Shown here piece by piece: positions 61,895 to 64,000 of a DNA stretch of 64,000 nucleotides (the stretch's first letter is position 1; each line of letters begins with the position of its first letter). Under the pieces are notes generated by a model. It saw only the letters and a list, made by a program, of their open reading frames with translations. It was not told where the DNA came from and ran no database searches. The translations under genes and the position numbers were made by a program. This DNA is from Octopus bimaculoides. Its lineage: Eukaryota. The DNA lies in NCBI RefSeq assembly GCF_001194135.2, contig NC_068990.1, positions 70,750,189 to 70,814,188 on the forward strand. Reading direction: 5' to 3'.

Positions 61895-64000
61895 AATCAG
61901 TCTATAGACGTAGCTCCTCATCAGAGTTTTCATCCTCAACATTCCCGGGTGTCTGCTGTGGAATTGCTACAATACACAATTTTGTAATGTAGTTGGTACT
62001 ACAACTCTTTGTGCATACATCAGAATATCATCACATATTGAGAAACTACTTGCATTTGTATTTTTATTCTGCTTGTTTTTTAAAGCTTCTTTTATTTTTG
62101 TAATATACTCATCGCTGACAGATTTCATTCTTATATCCTGTGCAGACACTGACAGTTCTTAGATAACATTAGTCAGAATACTTTCTATTTCATTTTCTAC
62201 CTGCAGTGCAGCTATCATGGTATCTTCTAGAGGTTCCATATTTTTGGTAATTAGTCTCAATAGTCCACATGACCAATTTTTTCTAATGAACATTTTGAAA
62301 TTGTAATTTAGTAATATTATACCCCAATGTTGTAGTCAGTTTGCTGTATGGGTAGCTAACACTTTCTTAGACCCATAAATTGATAGCAATGGTCGATGAT
62401 CTGTTTGTAACAGAAAACTTCTACCATGTGGAAACTTGTGAAATTTTTTTACAGCAAAGATAATCGATAGGGCTTCTTTTTCTATCTGACTGTATTTTTT
62501 CTCTGCCACTATCAGTGAGCATGAAACATGAATCACTGGTTTTGTACTTCCATTTTTATACCTGTGTAGCAAAACTGCTCCTATTCCTTACTCCAAAGCA
62601 TCAGACACTACAACAATGTCCATTTCTGGATCAAAATGCGCTAGACACAAATCTGTGATTAGAATTTTTTTTATTTCTTCAAATGCATTTTGACTTTTAA
62701 CCAACCAATTCCACTTTACTTCTTTTTCAATAAGTCATTCAATGGAGCTCTTAATTTGTGCATGTTAGGAATGTAGTTTTGGTAGTAGTTTACCAGCCCA
62801 AGAAACACTCGTAAAGTTGGTATATTTGTCGAAGTAGGCATATTCTTTATTGTGTCTGCCCTCAACGGGTCAGGCCATCTACCATCTTTATCAATTATTT
62901 GCCATAAGTACCTAATTTGAAGCAAAAAGAATTCGCCTTCTTCTTCACTCAAAATGAACCCGTACTCCTCAATTTTCTTGAACACAGCTTTTATATGCTC
63001 CACATGCTGTTCACGCAAATTACTCTTAATATAGTGTCCAAATAAGGGATTGCAAATTCACAATCAGATAACATAGCGTATATGATTTGCTGAAATATTG
63101 CCAGTGCAACCATTAATCCAAATGGTAACTAGGTATAGCTGTACACTCCACAATGTGTATTTATTGTCAGATACTTTGAGTATTTGTCATTTACTTTAAT
63201 CTGTAAATAAATGTCAGACAGATCCAATTTGGAGAAAATTTTTCCACCATTTAATTTTTGCAAAAATGTCCTCTGGAGCTGGGAGTAGATGGTGGCATGT
63301 TTTCAAGCAGTCATTCAATCCTGTAGAGAAACTGGTACACTTTTCGTTTTAATGCACACTGTGGGCACCGCCCACTTAGAGTAATCCACTTTTTTAATGA
63401 TTTCACTCTTTTCCAGTTTGTCCAACTCTTCATTTATGATTTCAATTGCCATGAACGGTATTTTTCTGTTAGATTTAAATACAGGCACAGCGTTTTCGCT
63501 TACTTGAAAGCAGGCTTCAGTCTTTTTACATAGAGTTAAGTCCTCCGAAGAGGAAACATCTTTTTCAATTTTTTTTACAATTCCTCACACAAATTATTTT
63601 TAATGGTACAACCATTTAGGTTTTTGAAGTAGAGACTTATGGGGAGGTGGCATAAGTCAAATAACTCCAACCAATCTGTACCAAACAGATTGGTTGTATT
63701 CTCCACAATGAATACTTTTGCTTCACGTTTCTCCTCAAACTGTGATGTCTGTACACATTTCACTCATGAAATATAATTTATTGTCCGTCACACCACGCAC
63801 AATTTTTGGTTTCCCAATTTTTCTCCATGTATCCACATTTATGATTGAAATATCACTATCCATATCCAACTGTAGTTTAATATTTACACCATTTATTTTT
63901 ACGTGTACAAAGTTTATGTTTTTTTGTCGCATTCACTTTCTACTGAAAACACCTTAGAACTTTTTGCATTCAACCCTCGTGATCTTGTCTTGCAGTGTGA
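61895..64000 (-). mobile_element. Ty3/gypsy LTR-retrotransposon pol, decayed, truncated in the integrase and running off the window
   Basis: The minus strand order is protease (INGVNIKLQLDMDSDISII), RT (HVEHIKAVFKKIEEYG...FLGLVNYY...LRAPLNDLLKK), RNase H (SDA...YSQIEKEALSIIFAVKKFH...TDHRPL) and integrase start (FHSRHPGMLRMK). Confidence 0.93.

Overview
AT-rich, repeat-dense animal genomic DNA from a gapped draft assembly with four N-runs. The repeat families look like those of Octopus; this is inferred from recognition and was not searched. The window lies inside one host gene on the minus strand, an oxysterol-binding-protein-related gene of the ORP3/6/7 (OSBPL3/6/7) subfamily. Six GT-AG exons (52671-52618, 48976-48863, 43808-43658, 40778-40617, 40166-40075, 31073-30957) splice in frame into 230 aa covering most of the PH domain and the following SKVAAWL/coiled-coil region. 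The first PH exon should lie beyond base 64000, and I recognise no further exon in bases 1-30956. The introns hold five R4/Dong-like (RT + RLE) non-LTR relics, mostly next to (TAA)n tracts. They also hold RTE-type LINE ends, two tRNA-derived SINE families, a TIR-complete mariner, an internally deleted mariner, a MITE, a Tc1-like fragment, a Penelope-like GIY-YIG fragment and a decayed Ty3/gypsy element. I found no convincing evidence of a wholly new biological system. The best leads are a ~590-bp loop-less intronic palindrome, a decayed hammerhead-ribozyme-like motif next to the Penelope-like fragment, several inverted or templated duplications, and microsatellite-specific stacking of mobile elements.
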